The notes under the pieces: generated by a model
What the model was told of the DNA's origin: nothing
Database searches by the model: none
What the model saw: only the letters and a program-made list of their open reading frames with translations
Assembly: GCF_006345805.1 (NCBI RefSeq)
Contig: NW_021833799.1
Location: 1 to 64,000 of the forward strand
Length of the DNA stretch: 64,000 bases
Direction: 5' to 3'
Source: Octopus sinensis
Lineage: Eukaryota
In this document: positions 26,083-38,897 of the stretch, in pieces
Position numbering within the stretch: the first letter of the stretch is position 1
Layout of the letters: each line of letters starts with the position of its first letter
Made by a program: the position numbers and the translations under genes

Positions 26083-26381
26083 AAATAAGAAAATGGAGGA
26101 ACAGATTCATTTCAGTCATCAACTTACAGATAATACCAATTCATATTATTTATTAACTACATAAACAGGAACATCCAAATCCAACAGAATAAAACAATAT
26201 ACATCAATAAGTAAGATAATAATACCATAAAAATAATACACATAAAATGGATCTTACAGCTGTTTCGGCCTGTAGATAAGGGTATCTCATTCTGCCTATT
26301 TATGTAGTTAATAAATAATATGAATTGGTAATATCTGTAAGTTGATGATTGAAAGGAATCTGTTCCTCCATTTTCTTATTT
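26083..26381. mobile_element. Inverted-repeat element (83-bp arms), probably Penelope-like inverted termini
   Basis: 26083-26165 is the near reverse complement of 26299-26381; the spacer holds GGCCGAAACAGCTGTAAG on the minus strand. Confidence 0.65.
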
Positions 26382-26417
26382 ATATATATATATGTGTGTG
26401 TGGTGTGTGTGTGTATG

Positions 26418-26451
<34 letters not shown>

Positions 26452-26570
26452 CATATATAGATATATATGTGTATATATGTATGTGTATGTCTATATATTT
26501 GTATATAAGCATATACATCCACACACACACATATATATACATATATATATATGTATGTATGTATATATGC

Positions 26571-26610
<40 letters not shown>

Positions 26611-27124
26611 TATGTGTGTGTGTGTGTGTGTCTGTGAAACTGCCACTATCCTCAGTGCATGTTGGCATATATATGAGTGTGTGTGTGTATATATATATAC
26701 ATATATATTTTTTATTTTTTATATTTTATTTAGTTTTAGCTAATGAGCTGTGTCCATGCTGGAGCACCGCCATATATATATATATATATATATATATGTA
26801 TTACAGATGTATACACACACACACACTCACACACACACATATATATATTATACACACACACCGTATATATTATTTCTTCTTCTGCTGATCATTGAGTAAA
26901 ACAGATGGAGTTGGCAGTAAACCTTCGCTGCTCTCGGCAGGGAGACTTGCTGTACCACACACCTGCAAACAACAACAACAGCTGCAGTGGTGGTGGTGGT
27001 GGTAGTAGTCCTTGTGGTGCTGGTGGTGATGGTGCCAATGATCGTAGTCTGGTGGTGATGTTAGTGTAAGTAGTAGTAGAGGTGGCAATGGTGGTGGAGA
27101 TGCTTGTGTTTTTGATGTAAGCAA

Positions 27125-27158
27125 TAGTTGTAGAAGCAGCAGCAGTAGTAGTAGTAGC

Positions 27159-27193
<35 letters not shown>

Positions 27194-27252
27194 TGGTAGT
27201 AGTAGCAGCAGCAGTAGTAGTAGTAGCAGTAGTAGTAGTAGTAGCAGTAGTG

Positions 27253-27289
<37 letters not shown>

Positions 27290-27360
27290 TAGTAGCAGTA
27301 GTAGTAGTAGTAGTAGTAGTTGTAGCAGCAGCAGTATAAGTTGTAGTAGTGGTAGTAGTG

Positions 27361-27397
<37 letters not shown>

Positions 27398-27405
27398 TAG
27401 TAGTA

Positions 27406-27448
<43 letters not shown>

Positions 27449-27789
27449 TAGTAGCAGTAGTAGTAGTAGTAGTAGTAGTTGTAGCAGCAGCAGTATAAGT
27501 TGTAGTAGTGGTAGTAGTGGTAGTAGTAGTAGTAGTATAGTAGTAGTGGCAGCAGCAGTAGCAGTAGTAGAAGTAGTAGTAGTAGTAGTGGTAGTGGTAG
27601 TAGTAGTAGTGGTAGTGGTAGTAGTAGTAGTAGTAGTAGTAGTGGCAGCAGCAGTAGCAGTAGTAGAAGTAGTAGTAGTAGTAGTGGTAGTAGTAGTAGT
27701 AGTAGTGGTAGTGGTAGTAGTAGTAGTAGTAGTAGCAGCAGCAGTAGTAGTTGTGTTAGTAGTAGTAGTAGTAGTAGTTAGTAGTGATG

Positions 27790-27829
<40 letters not shown>

Positions 27830-27840
27830 CAGCAGCACCA
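27125..27840. repeat. (TAG/CAG)n microsatellite
   Basis: Direct inspection. Confidence 0.95.
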
Positions 27841-28072
27841 GAACCATACAATTAGTGTGGTTTGTTTGCAATTAGGGCAGGTGGGATATTAGCGTACTTA
27901 CAAACAGGTGAGGATTGGGAGCAGGAAGGGCATCCACCAACTGGATATATGCCTTTGTATAATAATCCTTCTGACCCATGCAAGCATGGAAAATCTGATG
28001 TTAAAAACTGCAATGATAAAAAGAAATATATATATATATATATATAATATATGAATGATAATATATAAATTT

Positions 28073-28123
<51 letters not shown>

Positions 28124-28640
28124 ATATATATAAAATGATAAATATCAAAGTGAATTATATACAGTAGCGGTAACACATCGACGTATATTTGCCATTTCAA
28201 TATGGCTAACCCCTAAGGGTGGATGCTACTGTAGTTTTTTAGCCCCAGGAGGACACCTCCTCCAGCTGGCTATAGACACACTTCTGTGCCCTATCAGTAT
28301 TTGCAAAGGGAAGTCATCCTTCCCGTCTTCAACTTATGATACACACGACTCGAGTTCGAGGTATTGACCTCTCGTCAGCGTGTGACATCATAGTTGTCGG
28401 CGAGAATTAGATTTCCTTCACAAATACTTATACTTTTTTTCCAGCGTCCACTGTCGCTGATATTGAAAAAGTGAAATCAAACAATGATAAATATCAAAGT
28501 GAGTTATATACAGTAGCGGTAACACATCGTGACGTATATTTGCCATTTCAATATGGCTAAAAACTACAGTAGCATCCACCCTTAGGGGTTAGCCATATTG
28601 AAATGGCAAATATACGTCACGATATATATATATATATAAG

Positions 28641-28913
28641 TGAAAGAATGGAGTCGAACAAAGATGTTAACAAAATTCCTTTACTCTCGACATGGATTTT
28701 TTAAAAAAAACACTCATTATCGCTCTGTTTACCATGTAGGCAATCATCGAAATTTTTGTTTGTCTTGTTGTCGAGAGAGGCTCCCTTTCTTTCCTGATGA
28801 GAAGATTGCATAATGCACCCTTTATTCCTTCAGAATGAAAATATGCTGTCTTCGAAACATGTGTCGAGAGTAAAGGAATTTTGTTAACATCTTCGTTTGA
28901 CTCCATTCTTTCA
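28641..28913. mobile_element. MITE-like element with about 54-bp terminal inverted repeats
   Basis: TGAAAGAATGGAGTCGAACAAAGATGTTAACAAAATTCCTTTACTCTCGAC mirrored at 28858-28913. Confidence 0.7.
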
Positions 28914-29084
28914 TTGATTCATATACAACACACAAATTTCTGCGCATAAACCGGAGTTTCTACCCTTGACAGGTCGCTTCAACCGTGTTTTCTGACGTGA
29001 ATTTGCTACCCAGGTTTCGGTTAAACGAATTTTCCATGCTGACGATAAACATAGGATAATTCATTCAACTACTTATATATATAT

Positions 29085-29615
29085 ATACGATATAGTATAT
29101 ATTTATACACATAAGGCGGCAAGCTGGCAGAAACGTTAGCACGCCAGGCGAAATGTGTTGCCGTATTTCGTCTGCCATTACGCCGAGGTCGACTTTGCCT
29201 TTTATCCTTCCGGGGTCGATAAATTAAGTACCAGTTACGCACTGGGGTCGATGTAATCGACTTAATCCCTTTGTCTTTCCTTGTTTGTCTCCTCTGTGTT
29301 TAGCCCCTTGTGGGTAGTAAAGAAATATATATATTTATACACATAAGGAATCCACTTATAGGTAATTCAGCACGCTAGAAAGAACAGCTAGGTTCTGTAA
29401 ACCACAAAAATAACGGATAAAATTCGACGAATAAATTTGGAAATGAAAAACATTTACCATCTAGTACCCTGGACCAATTGGTTTCTGATCATCTTTCAGC
29501 GAGTCAATTGGAACTCACAAGGTCTGATTTTCTTCAGCAAGGTCCAACCTTTCTAGCGTGTTGAATTCCCTATAAGTGAATTCCTTATGTGTATAAATAT
29601 ACACTATATCGTATG
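29085..29615. mobile_element. Inverted-repeat element interrupted by a SINE D insertion
   Basis: Left arm TACGATATAGT..TTTATACACATAAGG[SINE]AATCCACTTATAGG..CACGCTAGAAAG mirrors 29549-29615. Confidence 0.65.
29115..29327 (+). mobile_element. SINE family D with about 21-bp target-site duplication
   Basis: TATATATTTATACACATAAGG at 29096-29116 and 29328-29348. Confidence 0.85.
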
Positions 29616-30472
29616 TATAATATATAGTCTTCTTGACTATTTTTATTGCACGTTAGACCACTGGAAATGTAAATTTTGATTGAATGTTTCAATTTTAATT
29701 AAATTCCATTTCCCTTTGACATGATTATATATATATATATATATATATATTTAAAATTAAGGATAAAATCTTTATAAGAAATTATCAGTAGTTAGCATGA
29801 AAATCGTGAAAAAGTTAGGTGACATGTAACTAAATTCTGTTTTTAAATGACTTGCTTTGAAGTTTTGCATTCAGTACAATTTGTTTATTTTTTAGTAGTT
29901 TTGACTGCAAAAGTCCCTCCTAGCATGCGGTACCTATGAATAATAGTACCCTCTATATAAATATATATATATAATATATATATATATACAAAATGAGAAA
30001 ATGGAGAAACATACCTAAATCAATCATCAACCATCAGATAATACCCAATCAATACTTTATTAAACCATTACACAACAGCAATGATATTATACATAATATA
30101 TACAAATATAACAAGACATAGAAATAGAAATAGAAAATACATTTATATTGTAGCTGACTACAGCTATATATATTATATATATATATATATATAATATTTA
30201 TTCATGCTATGCAAATTAGCAGCACCCATTCTCTGTAGCTTCTGGTTTTGTTGAGTATATAAACAGATTGACTGCTGTTTCTCTGGGATTGCTCAAATGA
30301 TGTAGATGTCACTGATGAGAGTGCAATAAGGTCCGAAAATCAATTAAGTTTCTAAGTTTTTTCAATTTACAAAAAAAAAAAGCTAAATTAGCCCCTATTG
30401 TATATCTGCTATGGATGTTTACATATGCTACATCATACTTTGATGCTGTGGGAATTGAGATTCCTGTAGTCT

Positions 30473-30905
30473 CATCATCATCATCATCATTGTTTAACGT
30501 CCGCTTTCCATGCTAGCATGGGTTGGACGGTTCGACCGGGGATCTGGGAAGCCAGAAGGCTTCACCAGGCTCCGGTCTTATCTGGCAATGTTTCTACAGC
30601 TGGATGCCCTTCCTAATGCCAACCACTCTGTGAGTGTAGTGGGTGCTTTTTACGTGCCACCTGCACTGGAGCCAGGCGAGGCTGGCAACGGCCACGATCG
30701 GATTGGTGTATTTTATGTGCCACCGGCACGGAAGCCAGTCGAGGCGGCGCTGGCATCGACCATGATTCGGATGGTGCTTTTTACATGCCACCGACACGGA
30801 AGCCAGTCGAGGCGGCGCTGGCATCGGTCACGATTCGGATAGTGCTTTTTACGTATCTCCAGTCCAGGGGTCCTGGCATCTGCCAGGTGCCAGTCATAGG
30901 ATTGG
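30473..30905 (-). mobile_element. Family E copy with 3 internal subrepeats
   Basis: Matches 1555-1865 and 58693 onward. Confidence 0.75.
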
Positions 30906-31184
30906 TTCAATTTCGATTCCTATTTGTCTGGTTACGGATAATTAAATAGAGTGTTAAATACTTGTGTTATGCAAATTAGTTGCTCCCATCTTTTGTAGCT
31001 ACAGGATTTGTTGAGTATATAAACAGATTGACAGCTTGTTTCTCTAAGATTGGGCAATCTAATGTAGATATCACTGATGAGAGTCCAATAAGATCCGAAA
31101 ATCAGATAAAGTTGTATATCATTTTCTCAGTATACAAAGAAATAGTTAAGTATTCCATCAGGTTCACAATAATGAGGTAGTGAG

Positions 31185-31570
31185 TTCAATTCATGTTCTA
31201 ATTCACTCATCTGTAGAAATGAGTTGCGGCATCAGTGGCGCCAAGCTTTGCCTTTCCCTTGGAGAACATGAGTGGCATAGAGGGGAGAGACTGGTATGCA
31301 TGGGCAACGGCTGGTCTTCCATAAACAACCTTGGCCAGACTTGTGCCTCGGAAGGGAACTTTCTAGATTCAATCCCAGGGTCATTCATGACCAAAGGGGG
31401 CCTTCACCCTTTACCCTATGTACATATAATGACATAGAGAGGCGAGGCTGGTTTGCGTGGGCGACTGCTGGTCTTCCATAAACAACCTTGGCCAGACTTG
31501 TGCCTCGGAAGGGAACTTTCTAGGTGCAATCCCAGGGTCATTCATGACCAAAGGGGGTCTTGACCCTTTA
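31185..31570 (+). mobile_element. Family F 3' halves, two tandem pieces
   Basis: CTGGTCTTCCATAAACAACCTTGGCCAGACTTGTGCCTCGGAAGGGAAC occurs twice. Confidence 0.7.
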
Positions 31571-31624
31571 AGCTTACATACACACATACACACACAGTCA
31601 CACATACATAGGGAAATATATTCT

Positions 31625-31972
31625 TTTATTCTTTTACTTGTTTCAGTCATTTGACTGTGGCCATGCTGGAGCACCGCCTTTAGTCAAGCAAATCGGCCCC
31701 TGGACTTATTCTTTGCAAGCCTAGTACTTGTTCTATTGATCTCTTTTACTGAACCACTAAGTCACGGGGACATAAATACACCAACACCGGTTATCAAGCA
31801 ATGGTGGGAGGACAAAAACAGACACACAAACACACACACATACATACATATGATGGGCTTCTTTCAGTTTCCGTCTATCAAATCTACTTGGTTGGCCCAA
31901 GGCTATAGTGGAAGACACTTGCCCAAGGTACCACACAGCGATGGGACTGAACCCGGAACCATGTGGTTGGTA
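31625..31972 (-). mobile_element. SINE family A copy
   Basis: Reverse-strand tail, body and head. Confidence 0.8.
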
Positions 31973-32103
31973 ATATCTTTGGTTTACTTGTTTCAATCAT
32001 TAGACCGTGGCCATGCTGGGGCACTGCCTTGAAGAATTTCTTAGTTGACTGAGCCAACCCCAGGACTTATTTTTGTTAAGCCTGGTATTTATCCTATCTA
32101 ACT

Positions 32104-32488
32104 GTGGAGGCGCAATGGCCCAGTGGTTAGGGCAGCGGACTCGCGGTCATAGGATCGCTGTTTCGATTCCCAGACCAGGTGTTTTGAGTGTTTATTGAGT
32201 GAAAACACCTAAAGTTCCACAAGGCTCCGGCAGGGGATGGTGGTGATCCCTGCTGTACTCTTTCACCACAACTTTCTCTCACTCTTACTTCCTGTTTCTC
32301 TTGTACCTGTATTTCAAAGGGCCGGGCTTGTCACTATCTGTGTCATGCTGAATTTCCCCGAGAACTATGTTAAGGGTACACGTGTCTGTGGAGTGCTCAG
32401 CCACTTACACGTTAATTTCACGAGCAGGCTGTTCCGTTGATTCGGATCAACCGGAACCCTCGTCGTCGTAACCGACGGAGTGCTTCCA
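32104..32488 (+). mobile_element. SINE family C full copy
   Basis: tRNA-like head through tail GTCGTAACCGACGGAGTGCTTCCA. Confidence 0.85.
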
Positions 32489-32758
32489 TCCTATCTAAGT
32501 TATAACTGCTTCACCACATACCGATATTAGAAATAGGTGTTAAAAATTCCCTTTCTGCTACTATAAGAATCTCCATGATGGTAAACATAGTTTTTTACGA
32601 AGGCAAAGAGAAAAACAATGAATCAACACGACCAGGATTAACTACATACACGTTTCGAGATTAAAGTAATTTAAATTTTACTTACTTCTCTCTTCAGTAT
32701 AATATTTCCAATTTTTTATAAAATTTGAAAGTGCTTCTATTATTAATTTAAAATTATG

Positions 32759-32792
<34 letters not shown>

Positions 32793-33006
32793 AAATATTA
32801 CAAAAAAACCACCTTTTATCAATTCAAAATGAATAATTAAATTACACCATCTAGAAAATTACATATAACAGAAATATTAAAATTAAAATAACAATTAAAA
32901 AGTAAAGATAAGTAAATTACAAAAATAATAAAAATGTATATAATAGATATTATATTATTTATATATATATATATATTCCCTCAAATAATAATTATTTATA
33001 TATATA

Positions 33007-33037
<31 letters not shown>

Positions 33038-33124
33038 AACCAGCTTAGAGAAGAAGAAGAAACGAAACAAAAACCGAAACAAATCAAATCGAATCGACAT
33101 GTTATACAAATATATATATATATA

Positions 33125-33202
<78 letters not shown>

Positions 33203-33269
33203 ATGAGGTAATCAGAAGATCGGATGGTTCATATTTACAGATATTTATTTATATATTACATTTTTTGCT

Positions 33270-33903
33270 TAGGACACTTGTCCTAAAGCCACTTTGACTA
33301 TTGCTCTCAGCTATGGTCACCATCCAGTGTCAGTTGATCACAGAACTTGAGGCGATCCAACGAAGCTACACGAAGAAGATAGCCTCTGTGCAGCATATGA
33401 GCTACTGGGAAAGACTCAAGAGATTAAGCTCTATTCCCTGAGCGTAGGCGAGAAAATATGCCATAATATATATCTGGAAGATCCTGAAAGGACTTGTCCT
33501 AGACTTTGGCATCGAGAGTCACACAAATGCCAGAATCGGACGCCACTGCGTAGTACCAAGGACTCCAAATTTGCCATCAAGATGTAGGACAAGATATTGT
33601 GATAGCCTGGGCTTCAGAGGCCCACAGCTCTTCAATATCCTCCCGAAGAACCTGAGGGACCTGCATGGTGTAGATGCGGATGTCTTTAAAGTAGGACTGG
33701 ATCTCTTCCTGTCAGGTTCCCGGATGAACCAACTTGACGGCGGAGGTGTGCAGATGAGGGCAGCTGCATCGAACTCTCTCATGCATCAGATGGCGTTTGC
33801 TAAAAAGCATCCGTGAGAAGGTAATCGTTGTAGGCAACCAATGGCGGTGCCCCAGCATGGCCACAGCTCATTAGCTGTAACTGGAAAAATCAAAATCAAA
33901 ATC
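33270..33903 (+). pseudogene. CR1-like LINE 3' fragment with 3' terminus
   Basis: Frameshifted translation TLVLSHFDYCSQLWSP..ELEAIQRSYTKKI..SYWERLK..YSLERRRE..GPQLFNILPKNLR..FKVGLDLFL..RAAASNSL; ends in (AAAATC)n. Confidence 0.85.
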
Positions 33904-34004
33904 ATATATATATATCATATCATTTGAGATCATATCATTGAGATCATTAGCGCTTTCTCCCATTCTATATATATGCATGTATGTATTTATATATATGAAA
34001 GGAA

Positions 34005-34330
34005 GGTCTCCCTTCAGTTATGAATGACTATGAGACTGTCCCTAGAAAGTTCCCCTCTGAGGCACAGGTCCAGGCAAGATTGTTTTTATGGGAGACCAGT
34101 AGTTGCCCATGCATACCAGCCTCTCCCTCTCCAGGCCACCAATGTTATCCAAGGGAAAAGCAAAGGGGCCCCGATACAGCTTAACACCAGTGACATCCCA
34201 ACTCATTTCTACAGCTGAGTGAAGTAGAGCAACGTGAAATTAAAGGGTCTTGCCCAAGAACACATCGCACAACCCAGTGTGGGAATTGAACTCACTACCT
34301 CGTGATTGTGAGCCCGACGCTCTAACCACT
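34005..34330 (-). mobile_element. SINE family F copy
   Basis: Matches 1875-2212. Confidence 0.75.
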
Positions 34331-34715
34331 GACCAAAAAAAAATTGGTGTAGGGGTGGGTGTTGGTGTAAAAAAAAAATTTTTGTTTGCATTCTTTTGAT
34401 TTTATGTAAAGAATGCCCAAAGAATGTCTATTATTTTGGCTTTTGTTATTTTGACAACATTGTACTGTTTGTTTAAACTAAACATGAGAATGGGAAGAAA
34501 TTGTCTGGGAATCACACGACAACCACAAATACACACACACACACACACACACACATACACACTTGTTGGTGTGTGTGTTTGTTGTGTCCTTATACACTTG
34601 TTGCGGAGCATCAGTTGTCCCCACTTTCATCCTCTCTCAGTTTGTGTATTCGTTTGTGATAACGAATCCAAAATACCATGGATGTGTATGTGGGATGTAT
34701 ATTTGTAGGTATCTG

Positions 34716-34746
<31 letters not shown>

Positions 34747-34754
34747 TTGTGTGT

Positions 34755-34850
34755 AGACAGATAGATGGATAGATAGATAAGCAGACAGTCACACAGAGAG
34801 ACATACAGACAGATAGATTGATAGTTGGATAGATAGATAGATAGATAGAC

Positions 34851-34904
<54 letters not shown>

Positions 34905-34906
34905 GC

Positions 34907-34973
<67 letters not shown>

Positions 34974-35193
34974 GAGATAGATAGGCAGACAGACAGGCAC
35001 ACAGACAGACATAGATAGATATATAGATATATAGAGAGAGAAAGAGAAAAAGAAAGATATATAGATATAGAGGAGAGAAAGAGAAAAGAAAGATAGATAT
35101 AAATAGATGATATAGACAGACAGACAGACAGATAGATAGAAGATAGATAGAAAGACAGACAGACAGACAGACAGATAGATAGATAGATAGATA

Positions 35194-35224
<31 letters not shown>

Positions 35225-35245
35225 TTATAGAAGATGATAGTAGAA

Positions 35246-35280
<35 letters not shown>

Positions 35281-35299
35281 TAGATAGATATAGATAGAA

Positions 35300-35336
<37 letters not shown>

Positions 35337-35337
35337 T

Positions 35338-35404
<67 letters not shown>

Positions 35405-35415
35405 CAGACAGACAC

Positions 35416-35446
<31 letters not shown>

Positions 35447-35510
35447 CGACAGACAGACAGACAGATATACAGACAGCACAGACATACAGACAGACAGACA
35501 GACAACAGAC

Positions 35511-35569
<59 letters not shown>

Positions 35570-35583
35570 TAGATAGAAAGATA
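34755..35583. repeat. (GATA/GACA)n microsatellite
   Basis: Direct inspection; continues at 38595-38905 on the other side of the Tx1-like element. Confidence 0.95.
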
Positions 35584-38500
35584 TGTTTCTTTATTAGCCA
35601 CACAGGGCTGCACACAGATAGAACAAATTACAAGGTAGAGCTTTTCTTTTGAAGGTATTAAAAAAAAAAAAAAAAAAAAAAGGAAGGGGAGGTTCGATCA
35701 AAAGGGATCGTAAAAGGAGAGAAAGAGGACAAAAAAAAAGGGGGTAAAAAAAAAAAAAAAAAAAAAAAGGGGGGAGAGAAAAAAAAAAAAAAATGATCAA
35801 TAGGATCGTTATCACAGAAATGTCAATATGAAGTGTAAAGGGGAGGACAGGTGAGGTTCCCGTGAAAGAAAAGCCTACGGAAAAGACCACGGTAACCTCG
35901 TCAATGAAGTCACATTTTATATTTCTTTTTTTTTTTTTTTTTTTTTTTGCAATAAGTAACTCTCTGTGTTCGATTTCGGGTTCATAGACTATGCTCAAGG
36001 TGGCTTCGTCATTCATACGTGCCATTCTTGCAAACATTCACCCATCTTTTTTTTAAAACATTCGCTAGACAAAACTTGCCTCTCTACTACTCTCACTTTC
36101 CTTTTCAAGTGGTACTTGAAGAAGTTGATGAGAGATTGACCAGAGAGGAAAGTGTTTGTCTCCAATCCTTTCAGACGCGTCCACCAGATACATTCTTTCG
36201 CCATAGCCACAAGATGATGAAATAGCTCTTCTTCCCGTTTGAAGGAAGGAGGCGTGACAATATTGACGATAGACTCAGCTGATAAACCGACTCGTCCCAC
36301 CGTGACAGCAGTTGTTCGACATAAGCCCACAGGTCGGAAATTGTTGGACCTGAACGAGTGCGTGCAGAACGGTTTTCGTCGCTCTGACCGCATCTCGGGG
36401 CAGGTCGGCCCCGTGTTTCTCGAGCCGTGTCTGTAGAGCTTATCCCGAACGGGTAGCGCTTCTCGGTAGCACTGCAGGCCCAGGGATCTCTGGAAGTTGT
36501 CTGGGCCCTGGGCCCGAAAGTCGTCCCGAACAGGCGGGTCAGGTACTCCTCGTCGACGTCCAGGTTCGCCCCGAGCTCGTCGTCGTACCTCCCCTCCACA
36601 CTAAACCCCTATAGAATGCTTGGTTGTGTTGAAGTCACTTAAGGTCGACCCAGGACGGCAGACTTGCTTGAGAGCAACGCGAACACTCGCGGTGCCATTC
36701 GCCCTTCCTCGGCCTCTTTTTGATCCACGACTGCAGTTCGGTCATGGAGACGAGCTGCGGGAAAGCGTGCCTCACAAACGGCGACCACACCTGTTCACCG
36801 TCGTCTACATAGAGCCAGAGATGTCGCAGTCTCAGCGCGTGTCTCGCACATCATCATCAACCACGGCATGCCCAGCCCTCCTTTTAACGGGTGTTGACAG
36901 CAAATGGATCGCCTGACCATCGGGACGCATCCTTTCCACAAGAGCGAAAGAGGATGCGTTGTAGTTTGGTGATGGTAGGGTCGGGACAAGGTACGACGGT
37001 CAAGCGGTAGTAGATGACGGACGCGATGTACGTGTTCGCCACCTCCGCTCGACCTTTTAGGACAGTTTCTCTCGGCCCATTGCCGGGCGAGAGTCCACCA
37101 CCCTACTCGTTTCCCTCGTTCCAGTTCTTCTCCACTTGAGGTCCGGACCAAACCAGACCCCGAGCAACTCACCGGGCCGTCGGTCCAGCGTCCCACGACG
37201 GAGGCGCTGGTGGACGGCATGGGCTTGCTTCTCCAGGTGCCTAGTCGCAAGCCCCTCTGACTTTTCCCGGTTGATTTTCGCTCCTGTCACCGCTTCGTAT
37301 TTTTTCAGTGTCATCTCGCCGACCAGCTCGATGTGCTCGTGGCTAGACACTATGACCGTGACGTCGTCCGCGTATGCAGACACGCTCGTCCCGCATCCCA
37401 ATTCTCGCGGGATGCCCCTTAAGAGTCGCCAGCTTCCGCAGTAGTGGCTCAAGAGTCAATACGTATAGAAGCGCCGAGAGGGGGCATCCCTGACGGACCG
37501 AACGTGCAATGTCGAAAGGTCTCGATAGATGTCCATTTACGCGAATTACAACGGATGCCTCTGTACAAGGCAGCTATCCAGCCGCGGAAGACGGACCGAA
37601 ACCAGCCGCTCTCAGGACTGCCTCCAAGTATCGATGGTCTATATATATAAACCCTTCAAAGGCTTTTGATTGATCCAAGTTGATCAGGGCCCCACCCATG
37701 CCAGGTTCGTTAACTACCCTGTCTATGATGTAGCGCATCAGATGGAGGTTGTCATGGATGGTCCGGCCTGGCACGGCGCATGTTTGCGCCTTGTCGACCA
37801 GTTTCTCGATGACAAGCGCCAACCTCTTGGCTAGCACCTTGGCCAAATTTTCAAGTCTGCATTAAGCAGAGTGATGGGCCTAAAGTTATCTATTACATTT
37901 CCCTTGTTTAGATCTTTCTTCAGCAGTGTTACGGCTCCTCGGCTCACAAAACCAGGAATGCTCCCGTTTTGCTGCCAGTTGCAGTACACCGCCGCCAAGA
38001 GATCCTCCAAACAAGTCTGGCATACAATTGTAAAGCTCGTAGGGTAGACCATCCAAACCCGGTGATTTGTCCCTCGAGCATTCTGCCATCGCTTCCCCGC
38101 ACTTCCGCCGCCGTGATGGCACCTCGCAGCACCCTGCCTTTCTTGTCGAGAGTCGTGGTAGGCTATGTAGGTAGGCACTGAAGTCCACCCTACGTTCTTG
38201 CCCTCCCTCGTTCCGAACAGTCGGGCAAATGCTGCTGAAAGGCCTCACACTTTTACTTGGCTCGAGCAATTCGCGCCCCTGTTCATCTACCAGTGACCGA
38301 ATGGTGGCTTTGTTGCCCTGTTGCGCCTCTGCCACCCGGGCCTCTCTCGCGGCTCCAACACCTTCTTCCTTAGAGCACGCATCCTAGCTCTGACAGCACA
38401 TCCCGTGTTTTGGCGTTGAAGTGTTGGTCGAGGGCCAACCTCGCGGCCAAAACGTCGGATGCGATGCCGCTTCTAATTGCCTCTTCTAGCTTCTTAACTA

Positions 38501-38594
38501 GCTCACCCCCTCTACTCTATTTCTATCTATGGCTAGTGCTTTGCTGTACCTAATCGCTTCTGCTTTTACTGCTCTCTGAGGCAAACCACCTAGA
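35584..38594 (-). mobile_element. 5'-truncated Tx1/L1-clade non-LTR retrotransposon, decayed ORF2
   Basis: Fragments KSPGLDGLPYELY, FRPITLLNADLKI, AQTCAVPGRTIHDNL, LDQSKAF, SAYADDV, GAKINREKS, and a CPRC..H..C zinc motif near 36350-36400; U-rich 3'UTR; AATAAA at the 3' end; 17-bp TSD. Confidence 0.88.
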
Positions 38595-38655
38595 AGATAG
38601 ATAGAAAGATAGATAGACAACAGACAGACAGACAGACAGACAGATAGATGAGAGA

Positions 38656-38807
<152 letters not shown>

Positions 38808-38828
38808 TAGATAGAAAGATAGATAGAA

Positions 38829-38897
<69 letters not shown>

